55,555 nt of DNA from an uncultured Weeksellaceae bacterium (GCA_964453635.1 CAYVSK010000005.1:1760-57314), one strand, 5' to 3'; counted from the first letter of the stretch, positions 47,573 through 55,555 are shown. Notes: a model not told the origin generated them from the sequence alone. Made by a program: numbers and translations.

Positions 47573-49108
47573 GTGCCTATGGCCTCCCGGGAAAAGGAAA
47601 AGTTCATCCTGATCCTCACGGTCTTCGTGGCGGGTCTTTGTTCGATCGTTTACGAACTCCTGATCAGTACCGCCTCTTCCTATTTTCTCGGGGATAGTGT
47701 CAAGCATTTTTCCCTGACGATCGGGATCTACCTGGCGTCCATGGGGATCGGTTCCTTCCTTTCTCGAAAGGTCCACAGCCGTGTGATGGAGCGTTTTATC
47801 GGGATCGAGTTGCTCCTGGGGCTTGTAGGGGGCTTGAGCGTGCCTTTCCTCTATTTCGTCTTCGCTTTTCTGACCTGGTATTCGTTCTTTATGGTCGCGG
47901 TGATCGTGCTGATCGGCGTCCTGACCGGTTTCGAGATCCCCTTGCTCACCCGCATCATGGAGAAGTACTACACCCTGAAGGTGAACCTCTCCAATGTGCT
48001 CACGCTCGATTCCCTGGGTGCCCTTGTCGCCACCCTTTTGTTCCCCTTTCTCTTGTTGCCTTTTCTGGGGACTTTCCAGACCTCCCTCGTCTTCGGGCTC
48101 ATCAATACGGGCTTGGGTTTCCTCAACATCTACGCCTTTCGGGATCAACTATCGGGGGCCGTCCGAAAACGCTCCATCGCCATAGCATCTGGGGTGGCCC
48201 TGCTCCTCATCGGGGGCGTTTTCTTTTCGGAGCATTTGCTCAGTTCCTGGAGCAATGCCCTTTACGAGGACCGTGTCGTGTACACCGAGCAGACCCCGTA
48301 CCAGCGGATCGTGCTGACCAAGTACAAGGACGACATCCGGATGTTCCTCAATGGTAACCTTCAGTTCTCCTCGAGGGATGAATACCGCTACCACGAGGCC
48401 CTTGTACATGTTCCCCTTCAACAGGCTGAGCAAAAGGAGGAAGTGCTGGTGTTGGGGGGAGGGGATGGACTCGTGAGCCGCGAATTGCTCAAATACGGGG
48501 GGATCGATTCGATCACCGTGGTCGATATGGACCCCAACGTTTTCGAACTGGCCCGGGAGAATCCCTATCTGACCGATCTCAACGAGGGAAGCCTGGACCA
48601 TCCGAGGGTACGGACCGTAGCAGGGGATGCATTTCGGTACCTCAAGGAGCATCCAAAACGCTACGACCTGATCCTCGCGGACCTTCCCGACCCGAACGAT
48701 CCGGGCCTCGCCCGCCTTTACAGCAAGGAATTCTATCAGTTGCTTCGTTCCCGATTAAAGGAACACGGGATCTTTGTCACCCAGGCGACCAGCCCTTACT
48801 ACGCCAAAAAAGCGTTCTGGTGTATCGAAAAAACCGTGCGAACGGCAGGGTTCGAGGCGGTCGAGCCGTATCACGTTTATATCCCCTCCTTTGGTGATTG
48901 GGGCATGCTCATGGCCGGGTCTTCCGAGACCTTTCAAAGGGGACGCAGCGCCGATCTATCCGTGCCGACCCGGTACCTCCATGAAGGGAAGATCCCCGAT
49001 CTCTTCGTTTTCGGGAAGGACCTTCAAAGGGAGCGTTCCTATACGGCTAGCACCCTGGACCGGCCACTGGTACTGGACCACTACATGGATGGGTGGGTGT
49101 ATTACTAG
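47573..49108 (+). CDS. speE: Polyamine aminopropyltransferase (SpeE-like) with ~7-TM N-terminal membrane domain
   Basis: The N-terminal ~200 aa is polytopic. The C-terminal spermidine-synthase core is YQRIVLT...LNGNLQFSSRDEYRYHEALVH..VLVLGGGDGLVSRELLK...VDMDP...DLILADLPDP. Confidence 0.88.
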   Translation: MPMASREKEKFILILTVFVAGLCSIVYELLISTASSYFLGDSVKHFSLTIGIYLASMGIGSFLSRKVHSRVMERFIGIELLLGLVGGLSVPFLYFVFAFLTWYSFFMVAVIVLIGVLTGFEIPLLTRIMEKYYTLKVNLSNVLTLDSLGALVATLLFPFLLLPFLGTFQTSLVFGLINTGLGFLNIYAFRDQLSGAVRKRSIAIASGVALLLIGGVFFSEHLLSSWSNALYEDRVVYTEQTPYQRIVLTKYKDDIRMFLNGNLQFSSRDEYRYHEALVHVPLQQAEQKEEVLVLGGGDGLVSRELLKYGGIDSITVVDMDPNVFELARENPYLTDLNEGSLDHPRVRTVAGDAFRYLKEHPKRYDLILADLPDPNDPGLARLYSKEFYQLLRSRLKEHGIFVTQATSPYYAKKAFWCIEKTVRTAGFEAVEPYHVYIPSFGDWGMLMAGSSETFQRGRSADLSVPTRYLHEGKIPDLFVFGKDLQRERSYTASTLDRPLVLDHYMDGWVYY

Positions 49109-49279
49109 CCGGTCCTTTTTTCCTTGAAGAAAAAACAATCGAAAAAGATCAAGGAAGATCGAAAAGCCCGGCGAGAAGCGCTTGTTGCACGAATCCTCCG
49201 CCGTGGGAGCGCGCTTCTCTCATCCGTCATCGAACTGCAGCCGCCCCCATCGATCTCACCTGCTCACCTGCCTACTTTC

Positions 49280-49513
49280 TCACTTTCCCCCACGGATCCC
49301 ACCACCTCGTGCACCGGGCCCACCCGGACCGGTTCCCCGCACACTGGGTGCCGGTGAGTAATAACTGGGGCCGGAGTAAAAGAACACGGGGCCAGTACGC
49401 CATCCGCCGTGGCCGGCGTATCCATACCCTCTGAAACTGAGCATCATCATGAAGAAGTAGAGGATCAGGAGGATGCCGCCTCCGATGAGTATGGTCTTGG
49501 ATAGTCCGAACAT
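49280..49513 (-). CDS. Small membrane protein with one TM helix and a Gly/Pro/Tyr-rich tail
   Basis: 77-aa ORF: MFGLSKTILIGGGILLILYFFMMMLSF then RGYGYAGHGGWRTGP...GTGPGGPGARGGGIRGGK. It is co-oriented with and 23 bp downstream of the preceding gene. Confidence 0.5.
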   Translation of the reverse strand: MFGLSKTILIGGGILLILYFFMMMLSFRGYGYAGHGGWRTGPVFFYSGPSYYSPAPSVRGTGPGGPGARGGGIRGGK

Positions 49514-49536
49514 AAAGCGATCGTAAAGTTAACAGA

Positions 49537-50136
49537 TCATAACCCCAATCCCTCTTCGTTCGTTGCCTTTCCCGCAAACATCATGAAGAGAAAGCCCAGG
49601 GCCAGGGAGACGAAGCCTGCCACCTTGATGTGGACCGTACTTCCCTGCTGGGTCGAAACGATCAAACGAGCCTTCCGCCCCAGGTGCCTTTTCTTCATGT
49701 CCGTCTCCTCGATCATCTTGAGATAATAGGTCCCGGCCTCCGGCACCGTCATGTTCATCGAATACTGCTCCTTGGCCTCCTCCCAGCGGCCGCCGCTGTC
49801 GTAACCCGTTTCGTGCCAGAGCTCCTCCCCGAAGCCCGTGATGTATTCCTTGTTCTCGTCGAGGAGATGCACCGAGACGTGGCTCCAGTTGTTGGTGGTA
49901 ACGTCGTGGTGGACCTCCATTTCGAGCACCTTGCCGGCCTTATCGATCTCGATCGGACCGGCCACGCCCATGTCCACCTTGTAATTCCGCTTCTTGACCT
50001 CCACCTCGATATTGCCCTTGGGGAATTTGGTGTCCAAAAGCGTCGACCCGGTGGAAAGGAAGAGGGTCGTGATCAGACATAGCCCCCCGAAACCCAGAAG
50101 GAGAAAAGCCAGTTGTTTTTTCGTCTCTGCACTCAT
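49537..50136 (-). CDS. Membrane protein, N- and C-terminal TM helices flanking a ~140-aa extracytoplasmic domain (possible DUF4247 counterpart)
   Basis: 199-aa ORF with TM helices at LAFLLLGFGGLCLITTLFL and VAGFVSLALGFLFMMFAG. The family assignment is inferred only from its position in the cluster. Confidence 0.55.
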   Translation of the reverse strand: MSAETKKQLAFLLLGFGGLCLITTLFLSTGSTLLDTKFPKGNIEVEVKKRNYKVDMGVAGPIEIDKAGKVLEMEVHHDVTTNNWSHVSVHLLDENKEYITGFGEELWHETGYDSGGRWEEAKEQYSMNMTVPEAGTYYLKMIEETDMKKRHLGRKARLIVSTQQGSTVHIKVAGFVSLALGFLFMMFAGKATNEEGLGL

Positions 50137-50203
50137 GTTCGGTCCTTTCTCAATACTCAGTACGCAGTACTGAGATAGATAACGCTTTGCTCCTTGACAA
50201 CGA

Positions 50204-51079
50204 TCATATGATGAAGAAAAGAACTGTTGCGAATGATACTGCTATAGCAAATTCCAGCAAACCGGCCCCGAGGTTCTTGTCGTTGCGTATCTCGTGGGTC
50301 AGGTCCGCTTTGGAAATGATGACCTTGTCGAAAAAGAAGCGCAGAACGATCAAAAAGAGGAAGATGAAAACGACCTGTCCTCCCATTTTGATCAGGTGCG
50401 CTTTCCAGCCGAGGAAATCCCCCGACGTCGCTGCCATGATGATGATCCCGATGGCCACGAGGTTGCCGGCGAAACCCAGGCCGGCCGCCACATTATCCTT
50501 TTCGATCTCATCGTGCACGGAGAAGTGGGTCATGGCTTCGTATATCTTGGCAAATATGATCAGCACCAATTGACCGATAAGAAAGAAGGTGACGGCCGTG
50601 AGGTAACCGTAGATCTCATCCATGGCCTCCATTTCCGTGTTGATGAATTCCCCGTGCACGGACCCGGCGATGATCAGGGCGGAAGCGATGTAGGACCCGA
50701 GCACGACGGCGCCGGTGCCCGCGTTCCGGTCCTCGATGATCTCCTTGCGGTCGGAGAATTGGTGCAGGATGAACTTGTCGTTGATGTTGCGGGAGAGGTT
50801 GAGCAAAAGGATCCCCAAAAGGGAATAGGTGCCCACGGAGCTGAGATCCGCCAGGATGCCCCTTGAAGGGCCTATATAGGCGCCGAGGAAGACGATGGTG
50901 ACCGCGAAGAAATAGCCGGCCACACTCACCGCCAAAGCGGGGTTGTCCTTCTCGGTGAGGTTCGCGTTCACGTCGTAGGGGGTGCTGAACTCCTTGATCC
51001 ACTTGGCCAGGAGGAAGAGCACGATGAAAAGCAGCAATTGGCTGCCTCCGTGAACGATGGACATCCAGAATTCACTCAT
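50204..51079 (-). CDS. Membrane protein with four tandem DUF350-like repeats
   Basis: Four copies of the (E/T)xxD(N/K)xAxGxxxxG-hydrophobic pattern are present: LTEKDNPALAVSVAGYF, IIEDRNAGTGAVVLGSY, IEKDNVAAGLGFAGNL and IRNDKNLGAGLLEFAI. Confidence 0.7.
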   Translation of the reverse strand: MSEFWMSIVHGGSQLLLFIVLFLLAKWIKEFSTPYDVNANLTEKDNPALAVSVAGYFFAVTIVFLGAYIGPSRGILADLSSVGTYSLLGILLLNLSRNINDKFILHQFSDRKEIIEDRNAGTGAVVLGSYIASALIIAGSVHGEFINTEMEAMDEIYGYLTAVTFFLIGQLVLIIFAKIYEAMTHFSVHDEIEKDNVAAGLGFAGNLVAIGIIIMAATSGDFLGWKAHLIKMGGQVVFIFLFLIVLRFFFDKVIISKADLTHEIRNDKNLGAGLLEFAIAVSFATVLFFII

Positions 51080-51713
51080 CGCTATTGTTGAGTTTCAGTA
51101 CGCTCACCTGACTGGGCTCAATGGCCACTGAGTAGGTCACATCGTGATCGCCCTTGCCCCATTTTTCCACGCTCAGGAGATGCTCCCCGTCGCTCGTTTC
51201 GAAGTCCCAATAATAAAAGGGCTTCTGTTGCTTCTCATCCCCGTACTTGAGCATCATTCCTTCGTTCGAATCATCGTAATGGAAGGTCTGGCCGTTGTAT
51301 TCCACCTGGCCTTCCTCCAGCTCGTCGATCTTGTCGAGGTCCGAAGCAGATACGCTCAACTCCTCCATTTTGGGTTTTTTCAGGGCCACGGCGATCTCGA
51401 GTTCGTCGTCCTCCTCGTACTCGATCCAGAGCTTCCCCTCGCTGGTCTCCCCTTCGAGTTCGTACCACTCATCGCCTCCTGAGCGGTATATATGCTTTCC
51501 GATCACGCTCACCTCGTAGTCCTTCATCTCCGGTCCGACGTTGGCGAGTTGGATCATGCCCCCGGCATCCACGTTCTCGATGCGCAGTTCGTTCTTATCG
51601 TAGGGTTTGACCGGGCCTTTGGACTCAGCTGCCTCCTGTTTTTTGTTCTGATAGTAGTTGTAGATGAAATAGATGATAGCACCGATGATGATGATCGCAA
51701 TAAGGGAGCCCAT
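51072..51713 (-). CDS. DUF4178-like protein with N-terminal TM anchor
   Basis: The TM helix MGSLIAIIIIGAIIYFIY is followed by a domain with YEVSVIGKHIYRSGGDEWYELEGETSEGKLWIEYEEDDE, which resembles DUF4178. It has an 8-bp overlap with the DUF350 gene. Confidence 0.6.
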   Translation of the reverse strand: MGSLIAIIIIGAIIYFIYNYYQNKKQEAAESKGPVKPYDKNELRIENVDAGGMIQLANVGPEMKDYEVSVIGKHIYRSGGDEWYELEGETSEGKLWIEYEEDDELEIAVALKKPKMEELSVSASDLDKIDELEEGQVEYNGQTFHYDDSNEGMMLKYGDEKQQKPFYYWDFETSDGEHLLSVEKWGKGDHDVTYSVAIEPSQVSVLKLNNSDE

Positions 51714-51829
51714 AGGGGTGTCGTATTGAGGGGGCTAATGTAAGGAAAGTGGGGGGACAATGGCAAAACACCGCTGCGCCTGTGTTTTCTGCCCGTTCTG
51801 ATGGATATTTTTGGCTACTTTAGCAGGCT

Positions 51830-53326
51830 ATGGGAAGCCGTGTTGTGCTTTTGGGAAAGGGGGTCCTGGTCCTTGGTCTTATATGCTTCCAGTGGCTTGC
51901 CAGGGCTGGTGATTCATTGATCGTCCACATCGAAGGGGGGACGCCCCGTGCCTACGTCCAATTGTCCCGGTATGCCGGGAATGATCGGCCCGTGGTGGAT
52001 CATATCCGGGTGATCGATAGCAACAAGGTTCGCTACGAATTCGCGGAGGATGCCCCGCGGGCCATGTATCACCTGGACATGGGGAAGCCCCCGAGGTCGG
52101 ACAGGAATGCGCCCCCGAGAGCTCGACCGGCGTATTTCGATCTTTTCTACAACGGGGAAGGGAGCGTGGAACTCCGGACCAGCTACCGATTTCCCATTGA
52201 TAGCATGGAGGTGCTCCGTTCCGAGGAGAATGCCCGCTACTACGACTACCTGCGGAAAAAGCGGAAGTTCGATGACAAGCTGAAAGTGATCAACAAGCAT
52301 TTGGTGGAACATGCCGACCGGGACAGCTTCTATGCGAACATGGCCGAACAATTGGCCCGTTTCCAGAAGAAAAAGCGGGCCATGATCCGATCCCATATCG
52401 AAGCGGTCCCGGGATCCCTCTCAGCCCTTGTTATGCGTACCCAGATGACCCCGATATTGCCAGCGAGGAAGACCAAGGCCGGGCAACGGGACGCCATCAT
52501 GGAGCACTTTTTCAAGGTATCGGACTTCGAGGACCCGCGCATCCTTAAGACGAACGCATTGAACGAAAAGATCCTGGAATTCATGCGGGTGATCCGTCGG
52601 TCCACCCCCCAGAAGGAGCGGAACAAGATATACAAAAAGGGCGTCGATATCCTTCTGGCCGAGGCCTATTGGGGAAATGACCGGGTCTATTCCTTCGTGA
52701 TCGACTATTTGGTCGAGGGTTTCAGGCAGCTCCAAAGGGAGGAACTGCTGGTCTATTTGCACGATCGATACCTCGAACAGGCTTGTGAACAGGAGCGTTT
52801 CGGGGAGGATACGAAGGCGGAATTGCGGGCGGAAGCCCGTACCGCCATTGGAGAAAAGGCCCCATCCTTTGAGCTTGAGAATGGCAATGGGAACTTGCTC
52901 AGCCTGGAGAATCCCAGCACGGATTACCTGGTCCTCGTGTTCTGGGCCAGTTGGTGCACCCATTGCAAGCGGTCCATGCCCAGGGTCAAGGAAGCCTATG
53001 AGGAATTCGCCGGAGAAGGGCTGGGGCTGATCTCCTATTCATTGGATTCTTCCAAAAGCGCGTGGCGATCCTTTTTGAAAAAGGGGAATTATTACTACCA
53101 AAAAAGGGATACGAGCCGGGTGACCAAGCACTGGTATAATTGCCGGGGGGATGCTGGTTGGGAGAGTGAGTTGCCCCGCCTTTACGGGGTCAACGCGACG
53201 CCCTCCTTTTTCGTTCTTGATGATAGGCGAAGGATCGTGGCCAAACCAGCCTCGGTCATAGAGCTACGTGAAACGCTGGAAGATCGTTTGGGAGGGGAAG
53301 GAGAGGGAGCCTCTCCAGCTGACTGA
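51830..53326 (+). CDS. TlpA-family thiol:disulfide oxidoreductase with large N-terminal domain
   Basis: An intact WASWCTHC lies at 52943..52966 in the thioredoxin-fold context YLVLVFWASWCTHCKRSMPRVKEAYEEF...ISYSLD...ATPSFFVLD. Confidence 0.85.
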   Translation: MGSRVVLLGKGVLVLGLICFQWLARAGDSLIVHIEGGTPRAYVQLSRYAGNDRPVVDHIRVIDSNKVRYEFAEDAPRAMYHLDMGKPPRSDRNAPPRARPAYFDLFYNGEGSVELRTSYRFPIDSMEVLRSEENARYYDYLRKKRKFDDKLKVINKHLVEHADRDSFYANMAEQLARFQKKKRAMIRSHIEAVPGSLSALVMRTQMTPILPARKTKAGQRDAIMEHFFKVSDFEDPRILKTNALNEKILEFMRVIRRSTPQKERNKIYKKGVDILLAEAYWGNDRVYSFVIDYLVEGFRQLQREELLVYLHDRYLEQACEQERFGEDTKAELRAEARTAIGEKAPSFELENGNGNLLSLENPSTDYLVLVFWASWCTHCKRSMPRVKEAYEEFAGEGLGLISYSLDSSKSAWRSFLKKGNYYYQKRDTSRVTKHWYNCRGDAGWESELPRLYGVNATPSFFVLDDRRRIVAKPASVIELRETLEDRLGGEGEGASPAD

Positions 53327-53349
53327 TAAAATAACCGTTTACGGGCTTT

Positions 53350-53673
53350 TTAAAGGAATTCCCGGTAGGAATTCAGGTTGGCCTTGGCCTGAAGACGCAT
53401 GTAGCGTTGGTGGAAATCCTTTTCGGAGTGAGCTGCTTTGAGGTACTGCAGCCGGTATCGGTCGAAATTCTCCAAAGCGCGGGCCTCTTCCTCCGTCAGC
53501 TCTTTATTGCCGAACTCCTTTTCACGCAGGTCACTGATAGTGACCGGCAATTCTCCACCCGAAGCGCTGGTCTTTTTTCTTGTGTGATCGAATGAGCCGG
53601 AACTTTTCATAGAAGAAGCTTCTATTGGATAGACGGCGAAAGTAAGAGCTGGTTGTGTGAAGATGATGGCCAT
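53350..53673 (-). CDS. Small hypothetical protein (start uncertain: 53673 or 53610)
   Basis: Only the C-terminal ~86-107 aa of ORF 53350..53997 looks protein-like (charged helical ..LTEEEARALENFDRYRLQYLKAAHSEKDFHQRYMRLQ..). No family is recognised. Confidence 0.35.
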   Translation of the reverse strand: MAIIFTQPALTFAVYPIEASSMKSSGSFDHTRKKTSASGGELPVTISDLREKEFGNKELTEEEARALENFDRYRLQYLKAAHSEKDFHQRYMRLQAKANLNSYREFL

Positions 53674-53866
53674 TTTGGGCGCTTCGTTAACGGAAGCCTG
53701 TGGAAAACGGGTCGATCCGTCCGGGTCTTTGGCAGGCCAGGTAAAGGGCGACGTAGCCGCTTGATCCCGCTTTATGAAGGGGATGGGACAAAAATGATCA
53801 AATGTTCCCGGAACCCGATGGAGAAGTCCACCATTGATCGGCTCCCTCTCGCGGGAAAAAATTTCA

Positions 53867-53887
53867 TATATTTGCAATCGTGTTGCA
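53867..53887 (+). promoter_or_regulatory. Candidate Bacteroidota -7 promoter box (TATATTTG) overlapping a TGCAA-N5-TTGCA palindrome
   Basis: TATATTTG at 53867..53874 fits the TAnnTTTG consensus. The inverted repeat TGCAATCGTGTTGCA is at 53873..53887, upstream of the MerC-like gene. Confidence 0.3.
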
Positions 53888-53936
53888 TCTGAATATAAAG
53901 ATCGCCCAACGCAAGGAACGGATCGATCTCTTCGGG

Positions 53937-54269
53937 ATGAGCGTGTCTTTCCTCTGCCTGATCCATTGTATGGCATTCCCCTTTCTCGTGGGTGCACTAC
54001 CCGTCATGGGGTCGATGGTCCATGCCGAGTTGCTCCATTGGATCCTCTTTCCCATTACACTACTTTTGGGCGTGGGTTCCCTGATCCCTTCCTACCGGCT
54101 CCATCGCCGGGCTCTTCCGCTTCTGGTGGGCACTTTCGGGATGCTGTTCCTCTGCGTTAGCCTCCTTCTGCTCCCGCCCCATTCGACACCCTGGCTATCC
54201 ATCCCCGGTGGTGGTCTTATGGTGGGGGCGCACTTTTTGAATCGGCGGTATAGGCGCTGTAGTTTGTGA
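53937..54269 (+). CDS. MerC-domain-like small membrane protein
   Basis: ORF 53880..54269, with the likely start at MSVSFLCLIHCMAFPFLVGALP (53937). The LCxxHC motif in TM1 and four hydrophobic helices resemble MerC-family proteins. Confidence 0.6.
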   Translation: MSVSFLCLIHCMAFPFLVGALPVMGSMVHAELLHWILFPITLLLGVGSLIPSYRLHRRALPLLVGTFGMLFLCVSLLLLPPHSTPWLSIPGGGLMVGAHFLNRRYRRCSL

Positions 54270-54330
54270 ATTTTCCACGATAGGTCTTCTCCAAAGGCTG
54301 TTGTAATTTCGCTCCCAAGCGGATCCGAGC

Positions 54331-55555
54331 ATGCTACTCGCCAAGGTCACCGGAGAAGTGGACACCGACGTGGGGGGTGACCCCCTCGCTATTGGGGCCT
54401 TTGTCGTTTACCTCCTGATCGTGATCGGGATCGGTCTTTATTCCGCCGGCTTTTCGTCCCGGGGGATGACCAATTACTTCATCGGTGGCCGGAGCATGAA
54501 CCGCCTGGTCGTGGCTCTATCGGCCGTCGTCAGCGGACGAAGCTCCTGGCTCTTGCTCGGTTTTACGGGGACGGCCTATATGCGGGGTGCATCCGCCTTA
54601 TGGGCCGCCGTGGGTTATACGGTGATAGAGTTCTTCCTCTTCTTTTTCTATGCCCCTCGTTTGAGACGCTTCACCGAGCATTACGATTGCATCACCCTCC
54701 CGGATTTCTTTGCCGAGCGCTTCAGCGATCGGAAGGGGGTCCTCCGTTCCCTTTTCGTACTGGTCATCCTCGTCTTCATGGTCACCTACGTCTCCGCCCA
54801 GTTCGTGGGGGGTGGAAAAGCTTTTGCGTCCAGTTTCGGGATCGGGGAAGGGGCCGGGCTTTTGATCACGGCCGCTATCGTTCTGTTCTACACGGTGCTG
54901 GGTGGTTTCATGGCGGTCAGTCTAACGGACATGCTGCAGGCTTTCTTTATGATCCTGGCCCTTTTGATCCTTCCCTTTCTGGTCATGGGTGATCTGGGAG
55001 GATGGCAAGCGGTCATGGGAACGCTCGCTGACCAGGAGGCCGGTCTCGTCGACCCCACCGCCATCGGGATCGGCGCCCTCATCGGTTTCGTGGGGATCGG
55101 CCTGGGGTCCACCGGGAATCCCCACATCCTGAGCCGCTACATGTCGATCGACGACCCCAAACAGCTTAGATATTCTGCCGTGGTGGGGACGATCTGGAAC
55201 GTGTTGATGGCCTTCGGGGCTGTGCTCGTCGGTCTCACCGGCCGGGCCGTTTTTCCCGAAGTGGCCGACCTCCCCGCTGCGGATCAGGAGAACATCTTCC
55301 CGGCCCTGGCCGAGTCCTATTTGCCCGCCATCCTCTTCGGACTGGTGGTCGCCTCCATTTTCGCAGCCATCATGTCCACCTGCGATTCGCAGTTGCTTGT
55401 GGCCTCTTCCGCGGTGGTCCGGGACGTCTACGAGAAGATCCTGCGCGACCTTCAGAGCGCGGGGAATGCCGCCGAGTATTACACGCCGCGCCCCGTAACC
55501 CGCTTCATGGCGGAAATGGTCGATCCCGAGTTGGGGGAGACGGTGCTCGACCCGG
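54331..55555 (+). CDS. Sodium:solute symporter (SSS family, PutP/PanF-like); the ORF runs off the window and its last ~40 codons are not symporter-like
   Basis: My own translation from the ATG at 54331 gives ..NYFIGGRSMNRLVVALSAVVSGRSSWLLLGFTG...ITLPDFFAERF...AAIMSTCDSQLLVASSAV.., which are SSS hallmarks. It is absent from the ORF track because it is edge-truncated. Confidence 0.85.
   Translation, partial: MLLAKVTGEVDTDVGGDPLAIGAFVVYLLIVIGIGLYSAGFSSRGMTNYFIGGRSMNRLVVALSAVVSGRSSWLLLGFTGTAYMRGASALWAAVGYTVIEFFLFFFYAPRLRRFTEHYDCITLPDFFAERFSDRKGVLRSLFVLVILVFMVTYVSAQFVGGGKAFASSFGIGEGAGLLITAAIVLFYTVLGGFMAVSLTDMLQAFFMILALLILPFLVMGDLGGWQAVMGTLADQEAGLVDPTAIGIGALIGFVGIGLGSTGNPHILSRYMSIDDPKQLRYSAVVGTIWNVLMAFGAVLVGLTGRAVFPEVADLPAADQENIFPALAESYLPAILFGLVVASIFAAIMSTCDSQLLVASSAVVRDVYEKILRDLQSAGNAAEYYTPRPVTRFMAEMVDPELGETVLDP
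55423..55555 (+). other. Type I R-M N6-adenine methyltransferase (HsdM, N6_Mtase) motif block, in frame with the symporter ORF
   Basis: Translation DVYEKILRDLQSAGNAAEYYTPRPVTRFMAEMVDPELGETVLDP matches the HsdM signature ..AG..GE(F/Y)(F/Y)TPR.V..(L/F)M......P..GE.V.DP that precedes the CG(S/T)GGFL SAM motif. Confidence 0.7.

Noticed and set aside
49173-49219. 9-bp inverted repeat GAGAAGCGC...GCGCTTCTC with a 29-nt loop between speE and the Gly-rich ORF
   Set aside because: The large loop and absence of a U-tract give only weak evidence for a terminator. It may be chance.
50156-50174. Perfect 8-bp hairpin CTCAGTAC-GCA-GTACTGAG between the DUF350 gene and the next gene
   Set aside because: No U-tract follows it on the transcribed (minus) strand and the flanking genes are co-oriented. 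It is probably a minor mRNA structure, not a terminator, and is too short to interpret.
53674-53997. N-terminal 108 codons of the 215-aa minus-strand ORF 53350-53997
   Set aside because: The sequence is Arg/Ser/Pro-rich and not protein-like. It overlaps the promoter and 5' end of the MerC-like gene. Only the 3' part is kept, as a low-confidence small CDS.
1-55555. Scan for rRNA, tRNA, CRISPR arrays, IS elements or transposases, integrases, phage genes, toxin-antitoxin pairs and known defence genes
   Set aside because: Intergenic gaps are short apart from the riboswitch and rho leader regions. None contains a cloverleaf-like or repeat-spacer pattern that I could see. No ORF has transposase, integrase or known defence motifs except the HsdM fragment at the extreme right edge. 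This was a scan by eye only, so tRNAscan, Infernal or DefenseFinder could still find something I missed.

Overview
A dense, mostly housekeeping chromosomal segment of about 50 genes that looks Bacteroidota-like. Supporting signs are three proteins ending in T9SS C-terminal sorting domains, a Rho with a long K/E-rich N-terminal insertion, DUF3822- and DUF4199-type genes, and a TAnnTTTG-type promoter box. All family calls come from my own reading of the translated ORFs and remembered motifs. No search was run.

Confident genes: gyrB (edge-truncated), ftsE, murB, coaD, rsmD, a RecD-like helicase, icd, purL, fadD-like, rho, a LytS/LytTR two-component pair, acpH, mnmD-like, a NUDIX hydrolase, an EamA transporter, and a membrane-anchored SpeE-like aminopropyltransferase.

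I found no rRNA, tRNA, CRISPR array, transposase, integrase or phage genes.

Most interesting observations:
1. A clear cobalamin riboswitch on the minus strand (about 35800-35995). Its operon starts with two T9SS-sorted proteins, then a BtuB-like TonB-dependent receptor and a BtuG-like beta-propeller lipoprotein. It converges on a BtuFCD-like ABC importer.
2. A conserved but uncharacterised membrane module (DUF4178, a four-repeat DUF350 protein, a two-TM protein and a Gly-rich mini-protein) converging on the membrane-anchored SpeE.
3. At the extreme right edge, the sodium:solute symporter ORF reads in frame into an unmistakable type I R-M methylase (HsdM) motif block. This is either a chimeric junction or the edge of an island.
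4. icd has a cluster of substitutions at normally invariant catalytic-loop residues, including an Asp metal ligand replaced by Gly.

I do not see a self-contained, obviously novel multi-gene defence-type system inside the window. The candidates above are hypotheses, not demonstrations.
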